This document shows positions 34,614 to 44,482 of a DNA stretch of 64,000 nucleotides, piece after piece. Position numbers and translations under genes: made by a program. The notes beneath the pieces were generated by a model that saw only the letters and a program-made list of their open reading frames with translations, was not told where the DNA came from and did no database searches. Within the stretch, counting starts at the first letter, position 1, and every line of letters begins with the position of its first letter. The stretch comes from a virus (lineage: Duplodnaviria > Heunggongvirae > Uroviricota > Caudoviricetes), in the IMG/VR virus record IMGVR_UViG_2623620416_000002, positions 41,253 through 105,252 of that record. One strand, written 5' to 3'.

Positions 34614-34690
34614 TGGCTGTGAGAGTTGGGATCGAACCAACCTAGTCTTGATTAACAGTCAAGCGCAGTCACCCTGATTGCTATCTCACA
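34614..34690 (-). tRNA. tRNA-Asn (GTT)
   Basis: Acceptor TGTGAGA/TCTCACA; anticodon arm CTTGA-CTGTTAA-TCAAG; T-arm GTTGG-TTCGATC-CCAAC; GCCA. Confidence 0.5.
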
Positions 34691-35053
34691 ACAGTGTTAT
34701 AAATAAATTAAAATGTTTTAGATTTAAACGTCTCGTGGACTTACTTATTTACTTGCAATTAAAGCAACTAAAATAAGAAAAAGCATTGTATCGCGAGCGC
34801 GATAAATAGGATCTCAAACTAAATTGTGAGAATAATGCTTTCATGGATATTAGTATACCATACTTTTCTAATAAAAATAGTTATTTTTCAAATTTATCTA
34901 TAAAAAGATTGTTTGACGATACTAAAGGATTGATATTGAGCGATCTTTCCTTACAAAGTCTATATTGCCAAGGCTTTATAACCTTTAATTTATATAGAAG
35001 TCTAGCTAAGGCTCGAAATGATTGGACCTTATGGCGATTAACTGTTCCGCCTC

Positions 35054-35524
35054 TCATGCCCAATCCGGCTTTTTAGCATTTGTCCATTTTGGTGGGCGCT
35101 TATCAACGGCCCACTTATCTCGCATAGTAACCTTATATGCCTCATGAATATCTGCGATATGTTTATTAGGCGTGCAATTAGGCCATGGCGTTAAATCACC
35201 TGGTGGCATAAGTTTTGGACCACCGCATAAAGCATTAAAGATTTCATAAGACTTATGACCTTTACCAGTGCGACGTTGACGCTCTTCACAAAGATCACTC
35301 ATATATAATAGAAGCCATTTGTAATTGGCTTCAGTTTGTCTAGTCCATACTGAACAAGGATGATTGAGATGTGCTATTTTATAGATGTCGTCACCTATGT
35401 AACCTTGAACTCGCATTGCTGTAGACAATAGTTGTGCAGTCTCAAGAATCATCTTATTAAGACGCAGATCATCAAGCATTTGTGCACATTTCCATGTATC
35501 TGGATCAGTTACGAATATGTTCAT
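35054..35524 (-). CDS. pyrimidine-dimer DNA glycosylase (T4 DenV/endonuclease V)-like
   Basis: N-terminal LDDLRLNKMILE resembles the DenV LxDQHLxAEYREL; GKGHKSYEIFNAL resembles DenV GAGHVTFFYDKL. Confidence 0.45.
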   Translation of the reverse strand: MNIFVTDPDTWKCAQMLDDLRLNKMILETAQLLSTAMRVQGYIGDDIYKIAHLNHPCSVWTRQTEANYKWLLLYMSDLCEERQRRTGKGHKSYEIFNALCGGPKLMPPGDLTPWPNCTPNKHIADIHEAYKVTMRDKWAVDKRPPKWTNAKKPDWA

Positions 35525-35803
35525 TTATTCCTTAAAGAAGGCATTTGACTTATCAGTATGATCTGTTATATCTAACACAGAATTAACAGTTGGATCAAAT
35601 GTTTTAATATGATTATTTACTATACTGTTCATAGTTGCTTTTGCGCCAGCGCAACCTTTACATCCACCGGACATTTTGGTGCGCACAGCTCTTAATTGAT
35701 CAACCTCAATTATATCAACAACATCAACTCTACCACGATGCTGGCCAAGCAGTGTATTAACTGTTTCATCTAAGTGTTTTTGAATTTCATTTATTGTTTT
35801 CAT
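35525..35803 (-). CDS. NifU/Nfu-like Fe–S cluster scaffold domain protein
   Basis: VDVVDIIEVD…SGGCKGCAGAKATM (Nfu CxxC motif). Confidence 0.6.
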   Translation of the reverse strand: MKTINEIQKHLDETVNTLLGQHRGRVDVVDIIEVDQLRAVRTKMSGGCKGCAGAKATMNSIVNNHIKTFDPTVNSVLDITDHTDKSNAFFKE

Positions 35804-36005
35804 ATTTTGGTTCTTCCATTATGAACATCATGAGTAAATAAAATGCACCAAATCCACCAAAAACAAATATAATGCGAATCCAAATAGGATCATCGAAACC
35901 TAAATACTCTGAGATGCCAGAGCACACACCATCAATGATTTTATCTTTGCCTTTACGCATTCTTTTCGTATTCCTGCTTTGCACGGAATAACATATAACC
36001 GCCAA
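35787..36005 (-). CDS. small membrane protein (72 aa)
   Basis: C-terminal TM IRIIFVFGGFGAFYLLMMFIM. Confidence 0.35.
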   Translation of the reverse strand: MAVICYSVQSRNTKRMRKGKDKIIDGVCSGISEYLGFDDPIWIRIIFVFGGFGAFYLLMMFIMEEPKYENNK

Positions 36006-36118
36006 TAAGTAAGTTAATTAACTTAATCGGGCCAAATGGTCCAATAAACAATAAACCTAAATTTAATAGGCCAAGAACAACATATACAGAAATAATTGCG
36101 ATTTGTGATTTACTCATA

Positions 36119-36325
36119 TTAATCCTTTTTGTTACTTAAGCTAGAACTTTTAAAAGCACCAGCGAGAAATGATAAACCTAAAGCCTGCATCCAGGTGATA
36201 TCTGGAAGACCAAACACTGGCACCATAAATAAGTACCAACCAAGCTTAATAAATAAGAGCGATATAAGTACTACTATAGCAAGTATACCTAATACGCCCA
36301 AAGCTAATGCTAATAACTTTTCCAT
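36119..36325 (-). CDS. small membrane protein (68 aa, 2 TM)
   Basis: LALALGVLGILAIVVLISLLFI…LGLSFLAGAF. Confidence 0.35.
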   Translation of the reverse strand: MEKLLALALGVLGILAIVVLISLLFIKLGWYLFMVPVFGLPDITWMQALGLSFLAGAFKSSSLSNKKD

Positions 36326-36750
36326 TACTTTTCTCCTTTTTCTAAATCAGTCTCTTCTACAATGCCCCATCTTTTATCTTTAAGAGGATTCATTGGGTCG
36401 AGATATATTGGTGATTTCATAAAAGCTTCAGAAGGAAGATCATCTACATACCAATTAGGCTTATCCATACAAATATCCACAAGATGATCTATACCTAATG
36501 TTTTGCATACGCTTTCAGCCCAAGCGTGACCACCTTGTGACCAAACAACAACAGTGTGTCCACGAGCTTTAAACTGCCTTAATAGTTGGATGTGTCGATT
36601 ATGAGGCATTACAAGTTCAGTGCAGTTGGCATCTGGGTTAGTAATTTGTACTAGACCAACTGCATCTGGATTAATACTTTGCCAATCCCAAATTACTAAC
36701 GTATCATCTACGTCAAACATTACAATACGGCTTGATCTAATTACTTGCAT
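36325..36750 (-). CDS. HAD-superfamily hydrolase/phosphatase-like
   Basis: Motif I VMFDVDDTLV (DxDxT). Confidence 0.5.
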   Translation of the reverse strand: MQVIRSSRIVMFDVDDTLVIWDWQSINPDAVGLVQITNPDANCTELVMPHNRHIQLLRQFKARGHTVVVWSQGGHAWAESVCKTLGIDHLVDICMDKPNWYVDDLPSEAFMKSPIYLDPMNPLKDKRWGIVEETDLEKGEK

Positions 36751-36751
36751 A

Positions 36752-37093
36752 TTACAACTTCTTTTTCATTTCTTGAATTTGACGAAGAATTTTTTGAATA
36801 TCTTCAGTGGGCATTTTTTTAATCTCTTGAGCTTGAATATTGCTTTTAACTTTAGTTTTTGAAGCAGATTTATTTTTCATGTGTTGAGCAAATTGCGATA
36901 AAAGATCTTCATCAAGATCTTGTGTAGACTTAGGGGTAGAACGTGGTCTTTTAATAGTGCCCATAGGTCTTGGTGGACTTGACTTTAAGTATTCTTCACG
37001 TTTAAGTTTTTCAGCTTTGTATTTATCATATACAAAAGTGCCTGCAACACCAACGATAAATAGTATTATGCCAAGAATAAGTAATTCAATCAT
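36752..37093 (-). CDS. membrane-anchored Lys-rich protein
   Basis: N-terminal TM IELLILGIILFIVGVAGTFV. Confidence 0.4.
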   Translation of the reverse strand: MIELLILGIILFIVGVAGTFVYDKYKAEKLKREEYLKSSPPRPMGTIKRPRSTPKSTQDLDEDLLSQFAQHMKNKSASKTKVKSNIQAQEIKKMPTEDIQKILRQIQEMKKKL

Positions 37094-37128
37094 AGAACCC
37101 TCTTCGTTATAGGGATTCTACAATCAGA

Positions 37129-37431
37129 TTATTCGACGTCGAATAGTTCTATGTATTGTTCAAGTCCATCGGGTCCGATAGACTTTAAGAGTTCTGTAAC
37201 TTCCTCATTGTTAGCATATTTAGCCTTCATGAGGGTGTACAACGTAGCAGTGTCAATCTCAGACTTCTTAAGCTTCTTTTTCCAAGCTCTAAGTTTCTTT
37301 TCATCAACATGGTGACGACCGCGATTAAGTTTCTCAGGAACAGCTCGTGTATTGCTTGCTGCATATCCTTTAGAGTTATCTTTACGATCTGGAGATAGTT
37401 TTTGACCAGTTTTCTTTTCAGCAGATTGCAT
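37129..37431 (-). CDS. hypothetical basic protein (100 aa)
   Basis: ORF. Confidence 0.4.
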   Translation of the reverse strand: MQSAEKKTGQKLSPDRKDNSKGYAASNTRAVPEKLNRGRHHVDEKKLRAWKKKLKKSEIDTATLYTLMKAKYANNEEVTELLKSIGPDGLEQYIELFDVE

Positions 37432-37662
37432 CTGCTTAACAATAGACTTACGAGATCCTAGGCCAGAAGACTTCTTAGAAGCTGTACCATTCTTACCTTT
37501 TTGACGGCGTAAAGCATCATCTGCTTTAGTCTGAGCACGTTGCCAGTGACCTGGCTTCTTCTTATTGGATGCTAATTTCTTAAGGCAACCAGAGCAGCGT
37601 CCACTTGGATTAGACTTTTCTTTTCTAAGACTTCAGTAACTTCTTTAAGATCACTCATGTTT

Positions 37663-38136
37663 CTATTTTACCAGATCTTTTAGATACTCAGTGGCCGCTA
37701 TTGTTAGCTTAGGGTCATCCTTTAATAGTCCAATTGCTGTATTGCAATCGCTACATAGTAATCCACGAATTTTACCTGTAGTATGACAATGATCTACAGC
37801 TAAGGCCTTAGTTAACTCAGATTGATGTGTTTTACATATTTTGCAGCAATTTGATTGGTTTAACAGCATTTTATCGTAAATAGAGGTATCGATCCCATAA
37901 TTTCTTTTTAGTGTTGAATTTCTATTACTCGATTTATGTTTCTCTGGGTTTCGCTCTTTCCAAGATCTTGCTATAGCATTAAACTTATCTGGATTATTCT
38001 TTCTCCATTCTAAATTCCTAGCCTGAGCGCAAGCTTTACAGTGAGAACTATAGCCATCTTTACGACGACTATCCTTTTTAAAATCTTTTAATTCTTGAGA
38101 AACTAAACATGAAGTGCATGTTTTATGGCCAAGCAT
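37663..38136 (-). CDS. HNH endonuclease (endonuclease VII-type)
   Basis: CKICK…AVDHCHTTGKIRGLLCSDCNTAIG. Confidence 0.65.
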   Translation of the reverse strand: MLGHKTCTSCLVSQELKDFKKDSRRKDGYSSHCKACAQARNLEWRKNNPDKFNAIARSWKERNPEKHKSSNRNSTLKRNYGIDTSIYDKMLLNQSNCCKICKTHQSELTKALAVDHCHTTGKIRGLLCSDCNTAIGLLKDDPKLTIAATEYLKDLVK

Positions 38137-38830
38137 AAATAACCTCTCTGGTTCTTACCTCAATAGCACATAATGGTGCCTTTGGTGAGCATCCGGCTCC
38201 AGCGTCAGCATAGATATAATGGTCATAGAAGCGCGGATGTAATTGGCCCTTGCGAATGGCATGAATGTGCCCACAAACTCCTATAACGCCATTCCCGTGA
38301 TCTCTGGCCATGCCAAATTCATCACCCACTCCATCCCAGATTCCCCAACAATACTCATCATCAGTAATAGGTAAACCTTGATTCAATGTGTTCCTACGGT
38401 TTTCTCGTGGCACGGGGGCATGACTAAAGAAGAAGCCAGGCTCTTCGTGTTTAAAAGGTAGGTGAGATAACCATTGTAAGTGGTCATGTGTCATACTATG
38501 GAAACCAGCTAGTTGATAACTAAGTAAAGTTGCCTGCCCACCATTATTATCATGCATCCAGATGTCATCTTGACTTTTGCGGGCATAATACATGATATTG
38601 ATCCACTCATGGTTACCTGCTAAGCAAATTACATTATTTGGATATGTTTCTTGAAGGTTTTTAAGGAAGCAAATAACTCCGTAAGAGTCAGGGCCTCTAT
38701 CTACATAGTCACCTGTGAAGATGACTTTGTCAGTAGATAGGTCTAATTTATGATTAGTTATAAGATCATCCCAAAGTTTTTTTAGTAGATCTAATCGTCC
38801 ATGTATATCAGCAATGCAGTAAAGTTTCAT
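38123..38830 (-). CDS. PPP-family Ser/Thr protein phosphatase (metallophosphoesterase)
   Basis: GDxHG (ADIHG), GDxxDRG (GDYVDRG), GNHE. Confidence 0.75.
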   Translation of the reverse strand: MKLYCIADIHGRLDLLKKLWDDLITNHKLDLSTDKVIFTGDYVDRGPDSYGVICFLKNLQETYPNNVICLAGNHEWINIMYYARKSQDDIWMHDNNGGQATLLSYQLAGFHSMTHDHLQWLSHLPFKHEEPGFFFSHAPVPRENRRNTLNQGLPITDDEYCWGIWDGVGDEFGMARDHGNGVIGVCGHIHAIRKGQLHPRFYDHYIYADAGAGCSPKAPLCAIEVRTREVIYAWP

Positions 38831-38857
38831 TTACTGATTATACTGATATTAACAATT

Positions 38858-39367
38858 TTAGTCGTGGTCGTATTCTTCTGTTTCAACACCATCAGCTGTC
38901 ACAGTGACTTGTATATGGTCGCCAAACATAGATTTCATGGTGTCTTCCATTTCGCGTATCTTATTGAAAACAGCTTGAATACTTTTCACTGCTTTTTTAC
39001 ATTCTTCGACTTGTTTATAATTTAATACGTCTGATCTTTTTTCAAAGAACTTGTCATTGATTTGCCACTCATCATACCAGCCCTCATCGTGGCCATTTTC
39101 ATTATTATCGTCTTCGCCAACAGGTGCACCTAAGTTGAACTTAAATTCTGGATCTTGAACACTAAAAACACACTCTTCTCCATCATTAAAATGAGGAGTG
39201 TATTGATTCCATCTCACTCCCGCAATAAGCGGATTACCAACCATAAGATCCTTAAGTAGATTCATTATGTCTTTAGTGGCAGATTTTTCTGCTTTTTTAA
39301 GTTCATTTCTAATGTCGTCAATTTTAGCAAGACGTTCTTTTAAATCTTTATCTACTGTTTTTGCCAT
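38858..39367 (-). CDS. hypothetical acidic protein (169 aa)
   Basis: ORF. Confidence 0.45.
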   Translation of the reverse strand: MAKTVDKDLKERLAKIDDIRNELKKAEKSATKDIMNLLKDLMVGNPLIAGVRWNQYTPHFNDGEECVFSVQDPEFKFNLGAPVGEDDNNENGHDEGWYDEWQINDKFFEKRSDVLNYKQVEECKKAVKSIQAVFNKIREMEDTMKSMFGDHIQVTVTADGVETEEYDHD

Positions 39368-39375
39368 ATAAACCT

Positions 39376-39723
39376 CTAATCAAAGTTAATTTTAAGTTTA
39401 GTTTTCTTAGTGCCGCCTAGCCAAGGATAGAAAGGCATTTCGATTAAATAGTCTTGGATAGTTGGGATGCGACCCATATCATCAATTACATGCTGTTCAG
39501 CAATATCTCTAACAGAGACATGCTTTCCATCAGAATTAATGATGCCTTCACCAAATACCTGCTCGCATAAAAATATACCAAATGAAGAATGTAAGATGGC
39601 TCGGTGACGCATATCAGGAAAGTGAGCCTTGGTTTGATCAAACCAATCATGAATTTTTTGATAGTCTTCTTCTTTGCCGCCCCACTTTTTAACTGAAACG
39701 GTACCGTGCAAAAATGGCTTCAT
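39376..39723 (-). CDS. hypothetical protein (115 aa)
   Basis: ORF. Confidence 0.45.
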   Translation of the reverse strand: MKPFLHGTVSVKKWGGKEEDYQKIHDWFDQTKAHFPDMRHRAILHSSFGIFLCEQVFGEGIINSDGKHVSVRDIAEQHVIDDMGRIPTIQDYLIEMPFYPWLGGTKKTKLKINFD

Positions 39724-39737
39724 AAATCCTCCCAGAT

Positions 39738-39974
39738 CTAGATGGGTTCAAATAGATTCAGACTGTAAGTTTTCCACTCTTCATTGTCATCGTAAATAAG
39801 AAATTTAATGTTATTAGAAACACTGTGGTTTCCACCACCACTTAACTTATTAAGTACTTGAGCGTCATAAGTCTTGCCCAAAGTTAATCCTTCAATTGGC
39901 TCTTCGCCATGCGCACCAATTCCAAGAAATCCTTCGCTTGCGTCAGTATGAGCTTTAATACATTTAATTTTCAT
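39738..39974 (-). CDS. hypothetical protein (78 aa)
   Basis: ORF. Confidence 0.4.
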   Translation of the reverse strand: MKIKCIKAHTDASEGFLGIGAHGEEPIEGLTLGKTYDAQVLNKLSGGGNHSVSNNIKFLIYDDNEEWKTYSLNLFEPI

Positions 39975-40275
39975 CTTTAATTCCCATTAAGGCTAATTCA
40001 GCTACTTTTTCTTGAATTACTTCATCATGTGCTACTAATGCTTTTAATAGCAAATCTTGTATGTCGGTAATGCGCTTATAGATTGCTGGCACATTGCCAT
40101 GCTGGTGACTAGAAAAAGAACTACCACTGCTCAATCCACCATAAGATTGTTGATATGTGTCATGCTTAGGTAATGCTAAGTATGCAAGCATCAAAGAGTG
40201 CATCCTAGCCATTTCATTATCTAAGATAGCGTAAATGTTAATTGCTGCTTGATTCGACTTTTGTTCTTTGCTCAT
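39964..40275 (-). CDS. hypothetical protein (103 aa)
   Basis: ORF. Confidence 0.4.
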   Translation of the reverse strand: MSKEQKSNQAAINIYAILDNEMARMHSLMLAYLALPKHDTYQQSYGGLSSGSSFSSHQHGNVPAIYKRITDIQDLLLKALVAHDEVIQEKVAELALMGIKDEN

Positions 40276-40714
40276 TTTGAGCTCTCCTTACATCACGTAA
40301 GCATTTAGGGGTTTTTAGTGTTGGTCTTTCAAATGATGGCATATTTTGTTCATCTGTTAAACCAAGACCAGATTCAACTACTGCATTCATTAGCTCTGCA
40401 ACGTCAAAATTGTCAGCATCTTTAGGAAACGTAACACTAATATCTACGCCAGGATTTCCTTCTCTGTGAGCATAGCGACCAGGGCCAGAACCTATGATTC
40501 TAATTCTGTATGAGATTGGAGTTTCTTTATAAAAGAGAACTATATCTTTATCAAGAAATTGAGCTTTTGATGTTTTAGCTAGATCTTCTAGAACGAAGCT
40601 AGCAATACCGTAGAAATATCCAAGAATTTCTTGAGTTGAATCTTTAGTGCTTTCTTGAATTAAGTAACCAAGACTTCTATCAAGATTGAACCTTCTGCAC
40701 TTTATTTGTTTCAT
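40238..40714 (-). CDS. hypothetical protein (158 aa)
   Basis: ORF. Confidence 0.45.
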   Translation of the reverse strand: MKQIKCRRFNLDRSLGYLIQESTKDSTQEILGYFYGIASFVLEDLAKTSKAQFLDKDIVLFYKETPISYRIRIIGSGPGRYAHREGNPGVDISVTFPKDADNFDVAELMNAVVESGLGLTDEQNMPSFERPTLKTPKCLRDVRRAQNEQRTKVESSSN

Positions 40715-41060
40715 CTTTCACTCCCATGAAAAGTTCTTCGCTCAAAACATTTAACGCATACCAATCCTCTAATATCTTAAAGGATTCGTTGTGTTTATAT
40801 TCAATCAGGGGAAGTTCAACAATTAGATCTGGTAGTTTATTTTCGTCGTCCCAAAGATAGACGCGTGAAGCCATAAGCATTATTTGAATAGGTTCACCGT
40901 ACTTATCGGTACCTTTTCTTTGCCATTCTTCTTCAACGTGTTCCAATAGATAAGGACCAAGATAGCAAACTTTACGAGTTAACTCATCTTGGTCGCCTAC
41001 TGATTCCCATTTGTAGTGCATTCGATCTCCGCTGTACCAAGCTCTTCGCTTAGTCTGCAA
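40680..41060 (-). CDS. hypothetical protein (126 aa)
   Basis: ORF. Confidence 0.4.
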   Translation of the reverse strand: MQTKRRAWYSGDRMHYKWESVGDQDELTRKVCYLGPYLLEHVEEEWQRKGTDKYGEPIQIMLMASRVYLWDDENKLPDLIVELPLIEYKHNESFKILEDWYALNVLSEELFMGVKDETNKVQKVQS

Positions 41061-41263
41061 AGCTCGTCCTGGAGCTGAGTTATTTGTTCTTGAGTAACAT
41101 CATCGTCACCATCGCCATTTTTTAATGTGGCATGAAGTCTTTGAAGTTGATTGTCCATTACTTTAAGTGCTTCAATATGAACATCAAATATAGTTTTTTC
41201 AACTAATGGTGTAGTGGTCGTACTAGAATAAGAACTGCCATAGCCTTGACTATCTTTACCCAT
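40997..41263 (-). CDS. hypothetical protein (88 aa)
   Basis: ORF. Confidence 0.4.
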   Translation of the reverse strand: MGKDSQGYGSSYSSTTTTPLVEKTIFDVHIEALKVMDNQLQRLHATLKNGDGDDDVTQEQITQLQDELCRLSEELGTAEIECTTNGNQ

Positions 41264-41504
41264 CTAATACCTCCACTGTAACAGTTGATCCAAGATCTTT
41301 ATCATAAAAAGATTCAGCTTCACCTTTATCTCTTAATTTATCTAAAACTTGTTCAGCATGAGCGTATGAATGCGCTTTAACTTCAAAGTAATAAGCCACT
41401 TTTTCAATCACTGTTACAACATATTTTTTAAGTTTCTTTTTCTTTTTGCTCATATTATCTTCTTTTACTTGTTGATCCATCTGGACATTTAACAGTATCG
41501 CCAA
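41256..41504 (-). CDS. hypothetical protein (82 aa)
   Basis: ORF. Confidence 0.4.
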   Translation of the reverse strand: MAILLNVQMDQQVKEDNMSKKKKKLKKYVVTVIEKVAYYFEVKAHSYAHAEQVLDKLRDKGEAESFYDKDLGSTVTVEVLDG

Positions 41505-42843
41505 GACGTTTTAAAGGGTGATCTTCAGTTCCGCCTTTAGAAATAATCCAAAGAACTTGTGGGAATTGTTGACCAGGACGCATCCAAGATTCAACAGGAA
41601 CGTCGCCATAGCAACCATCTGTAATGATAATTGATAAATCACCTTTACGCTTAAAGATATCTTCAAGAGTTTTAGTTAAATCAGTACCACCAGATTGAAT
41701 CATTGATTTGTCAATCTTAGTACCCATTTTGTATTGCTGACGACCATAGTGCTCAGTATGGAAGAATGCTAGATTACATTTACGAGCGCCAACTTTTAAG
41801 AACTGATCTACGATCTCAAGGAATTCATTTAACTCCTCAGTAGAGATAGAACCAGAAGTATCAAGATGTAACTCGAGCTTAGGTAAGTCACCAACCTTAG
41901 TGCCTGGCGCTTTGAAACCTAAACGTTTATTTTTACGAGTCCAAGTGCCTTTACGGTTGTGACCATTAGCATGTTTTTTCATTGCCAATAGAATTAAAGC
42001 TTTGTAATTTAATTCATTACGTCGCGTCTTGATTTCCTCAAGAAGATCTTTAACATGACCAGGAAGATCGTCGTATGAAAGACGAGCTTTAACCATTGCA
42101 CGCTTAACTAATTCTTCAGTAGCATCAAGCATTTCTTTTTCTTCGCCAGCTCCATCCCACATGTGCTCATCAATAGTTTGTGGTAGATCGCCGGTTTCAG
42201 TGCCGCCGCCAGAATTGCCATCGCCTTTATCATCTTTATCTGGATCGTCAAATCGCTTAATTAAGCGATCATAATACGCTTCCATAGTTTGATTAAGAGG
42301 CCATTGTGTTTTTGTGCCAGTTTTAGGATCTTGGTCGAAATAATCTTTGACATCAATACATCGACCAGGGCACAACTCATTAGGGCAAGGAGTTGGTTGA
42401 CCTATTGGAGGACACTGATTACATCCTTTTGGAATATCAGGAATATATTGGTTGATTGCCATATCAGCAGCAATATTCATAAGCATTCGCTTACGAGCGC
42501 TAATTTTCATAAACGGAACGCGAAGAGGATGTTTATGGGTGATATGTGAAAGTTCGTGAATAAGAACAGCTTTACGCTCTTTAGCGCTAAGTTTCTTACA
42601 GAAGAAGTATGGATTAACTAACATATCCCATCGTTTAGCATCTGTATTAAACAGAATACCTGCTGTTGGAAGTTGATGAGAATAAGAGATTGTTAGACAT
42701 TGAAGGACTGAGCCTAGAAATGGATTTGTTTTAGAAGTCTCATAAATTGATGTTGCCAAACATTGAGACATTTCCTCAACTGGAACCATCTCTTTTTCCA
42801 TTTGCTTCTTAATCTCTTTTGGATCGCGAATTCTTGATGACAT
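41455..42843 (-). CDS. VWA-domain protein with N-terminal HExxH putative metallopeptidase domain (DUF2201_N–VWA architecture)
   Basis: HELSHITHKH (HExxH) near the N-terminus; C-terminal MIDAS-like LHLDTSGSIS (DxSxS). Confidence 0.6.
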   Translation of the reverse strand: MSSRIRDPKEIKKQMEKEMVPVEEMSQCLATSIYETSKTNPFLGSVLQCLTISYSHQLPTAGILFNTDAKRWDMLVNPYFFCKKLSAKERKAVLIHELSHITHKHPLRVPFMKISARKRMLMNIAADMAINQYIPDIPKGCNQCPPIGQPTPCPNELCPGRCIDVKDYFDQDPKTGTKTQWPLNQTMEAYYDRLIKRFDDPDKDDKGDGNSGGGTETGDLPQTIDEHMWDGAGEEKEMLDATEELVKRAMVKARLSYDDLPGHVKDLLEEIKTRRNELNYKALILLAMKKHANGHNRKGTWTRKNKRLGFKAPGTKVGDLPKLELHLDTSGSISTEELNEFLEIVDQFLKVGARKCNLAFFHTEHYGRQQYKMGTKIDKSMIQSGGTDLTKTLEDIFKRKGDLSIIITDGCYGDVPVESWMRPGQQFPQVLWIISKGGTEDHPLKRLGDTVKCPDGSTSKRR

Positions 42844-42949
42844 ATAGTAACTCCCTCGTTACACTTCTATTGTATCAGTACGAGCCCCCATGTTAAAAAG
42901 GAAACGAGCTGAGTGTAGGGAGGAGTCCACTCAGCTCGTTATAATCGAA

Positions 42950-44089
42950 TTACTTGGTCGGCTTATCGACGCCCGTAGCTCGACTAATTTGAATATTAGC
43001 TTTAAGAACGTTAATTAGAGTCGGGTGGCGCTTAGTAAAGTCTTTGAAGAAGTTAGTGATTTGACCTTTAGACTGCTTATAACCACATTGCTTAATTAAG
43101 TTAACTGCATGGTCAGAAGGAATGATATGGGCAACTTCTGCCATAATGTCTTCACTAATTTGATCAGCTTTACAATCTTTTGCAAGACCACCATATTGTT
43201 TTTCAATAGATTCAACAGTGGCTGCAATCATATCGCCTTGATATGTTGAAGGATCTGATTGTGCTTTAAGTCGCTTTAATGCTGCTGCTTTATCTTTCAA
43301 TAGATCGTTAGCAGTAACAGGAGCAGAATCGTAACAGAATTTATGATATTCGTTACCGATGTCTTTACCCAAGATAGAGCTAACAGTTAGCCGGTGAAGT
43401 TGACGAGAAGTATTTAAACCCGCCATTTCAGCTGCATTTACTTTTGACCAAGTACGTGGAGAGATATATTTGCCATCTTTACCAATTGACTTAGTATCCT
43501 TATAAGTCCAGATACCAGAGCTAACAAACATACGAACAGACTCATGCCATTGAGCGGCTTCAATATAGTCAACGAATGCCATGTGATCAAATTCAACTTC
43601 AAATTCAACGAAACGATCTTTTAGAGCAGCATCCATTGTATTAACATCATACTCAGATGAATCTGGGTTAATACAAGCCGCAAACATCCAACCTGGAGGA
43701 AGTTCGTATTGGTGGATTTTCATATCTGTCAATGCTTGCATTAAACAGTTCATAACGCCAGTGGTACCACGATTTGGTTCTTCAAATAAGATTAAGCCTT
43801 CGCCTTCTGTTGGCCAGAAATCAGGCAATAAATGCTTTGTACGAGCAACACCGTTTTTATCTACTGACTCAGATGGAAAACCGATTAAATCTGGTGCTTC
43901 CATATAAGCAATACGTAGATCGAGGAATCCAAAGTTTGGATTACGCTCACGCTGCTTTTTCACCCATGCTTGCGTAATCTCAGATTTACCGAGACCAGCT
44001 TCGCCGGTGAACATAGGGTTGATAACACGACCTTGCTGTCTTGCTTTATAAGACAGGTCCAACACTGGAAAAATATTACTTGGTTTCAT
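42950..44089 (-). CDS. MoxR/RavA-like AAA+ ATPase (CobS-like in phage annotation)
   Basis: Walker A GEAGLGKSE; LILFEEPNRGTTGVMNCLMQALTD parallels the MoxR LLDEINRAxPxxQSALLEAM block. Confidence 0.7.
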   Translation of the reverse strand: MKPSNIFPVLDLSYKARQQGRVINPMFTGEAGLGKSEITQAWVKKQRERNPNFGFLDLRIAYMEAPDLIGFPSESVDKNGVARTKHLLPDFWPTEGEGLILFEEPNRGTTGVMNCLMQALTDMKIHQYELPPGWMFAACINPDSSEYDVNTMDAALKDRFVEFEVEFDHMAFVDYIEAAQWHESVRMFVSSGIWTYKDTKSIGKDGKYISPRTWSKVNAAEMAGLNTSRQLHRLTVSSILGKDIGNEYHKFCYDSAPVTANDLLKDKAAALKRLKAQSDPSTYQGDMIAATVESIEKQYGGLAKDCKADQISEDIMAEVAHIIPSDHAVNLIKQCGYKQSKGQITNFFKDFTKRHPTLINVLKANIQISRATGVDKPTK

Positions 44090-44137
44090 CTATTCTCCTC
44101 CTAAAGAGATTTTGTTAATCAATTTTAATTTCAGATC

Positions 44138-44482
44138 TTAGTGAAAGTCTCGTGAAACAGGTTCTGGCATTTTACATGCTTCAACAAGTTTTTGAGCAAA
44201 CACCGAACTGAGTTTGTATCGCGATTGCAATACAGTAAATGAAGGTTCATCGCTTTCTTGTGCTGCCTGCAAAGCTAGTTTCTCAAAGGTTTGAGCACAT
44301 ATAGACATCAAATTAGCAAATACTCTCATGTCTTCGTGAGACATAACAATACTAATCATTCCTTCTGGCATTGGCGGGGCAACTTTGCGAACATCTTCTT
44401 TACTAATCTTCGTCTCCATCTTCTGAGTCGTCTTCACTGTTGATTTCTTCAAATTCTTCTTCGTAACCTTCGCCATCCACAT
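44138..44482 (-). CDS. hypothetical protein (114 aa)
   Basis: ORF. Confidence 0.4.
   Translation of the reverse strand: MWMAKVTKKNLKKSTVKTTQKMETKISKEDVRKVAPPMPEGMISIVMSHEDMRVFANLMSICAQTFEKLALQAAQESDEPSFTVLQSRYKLSSVFAQKLVEACKMPEPVSRDFH

Noticed and set aside
20642-34690. tRNA genes as prophage attachment sites, or the region as an integrative element
   Set aside because: No integrase, recombinase or transposase is present. The tRNAs are intact, clustered and phage-encoded, and the flanking HNH genes are nucleases, not integrases.
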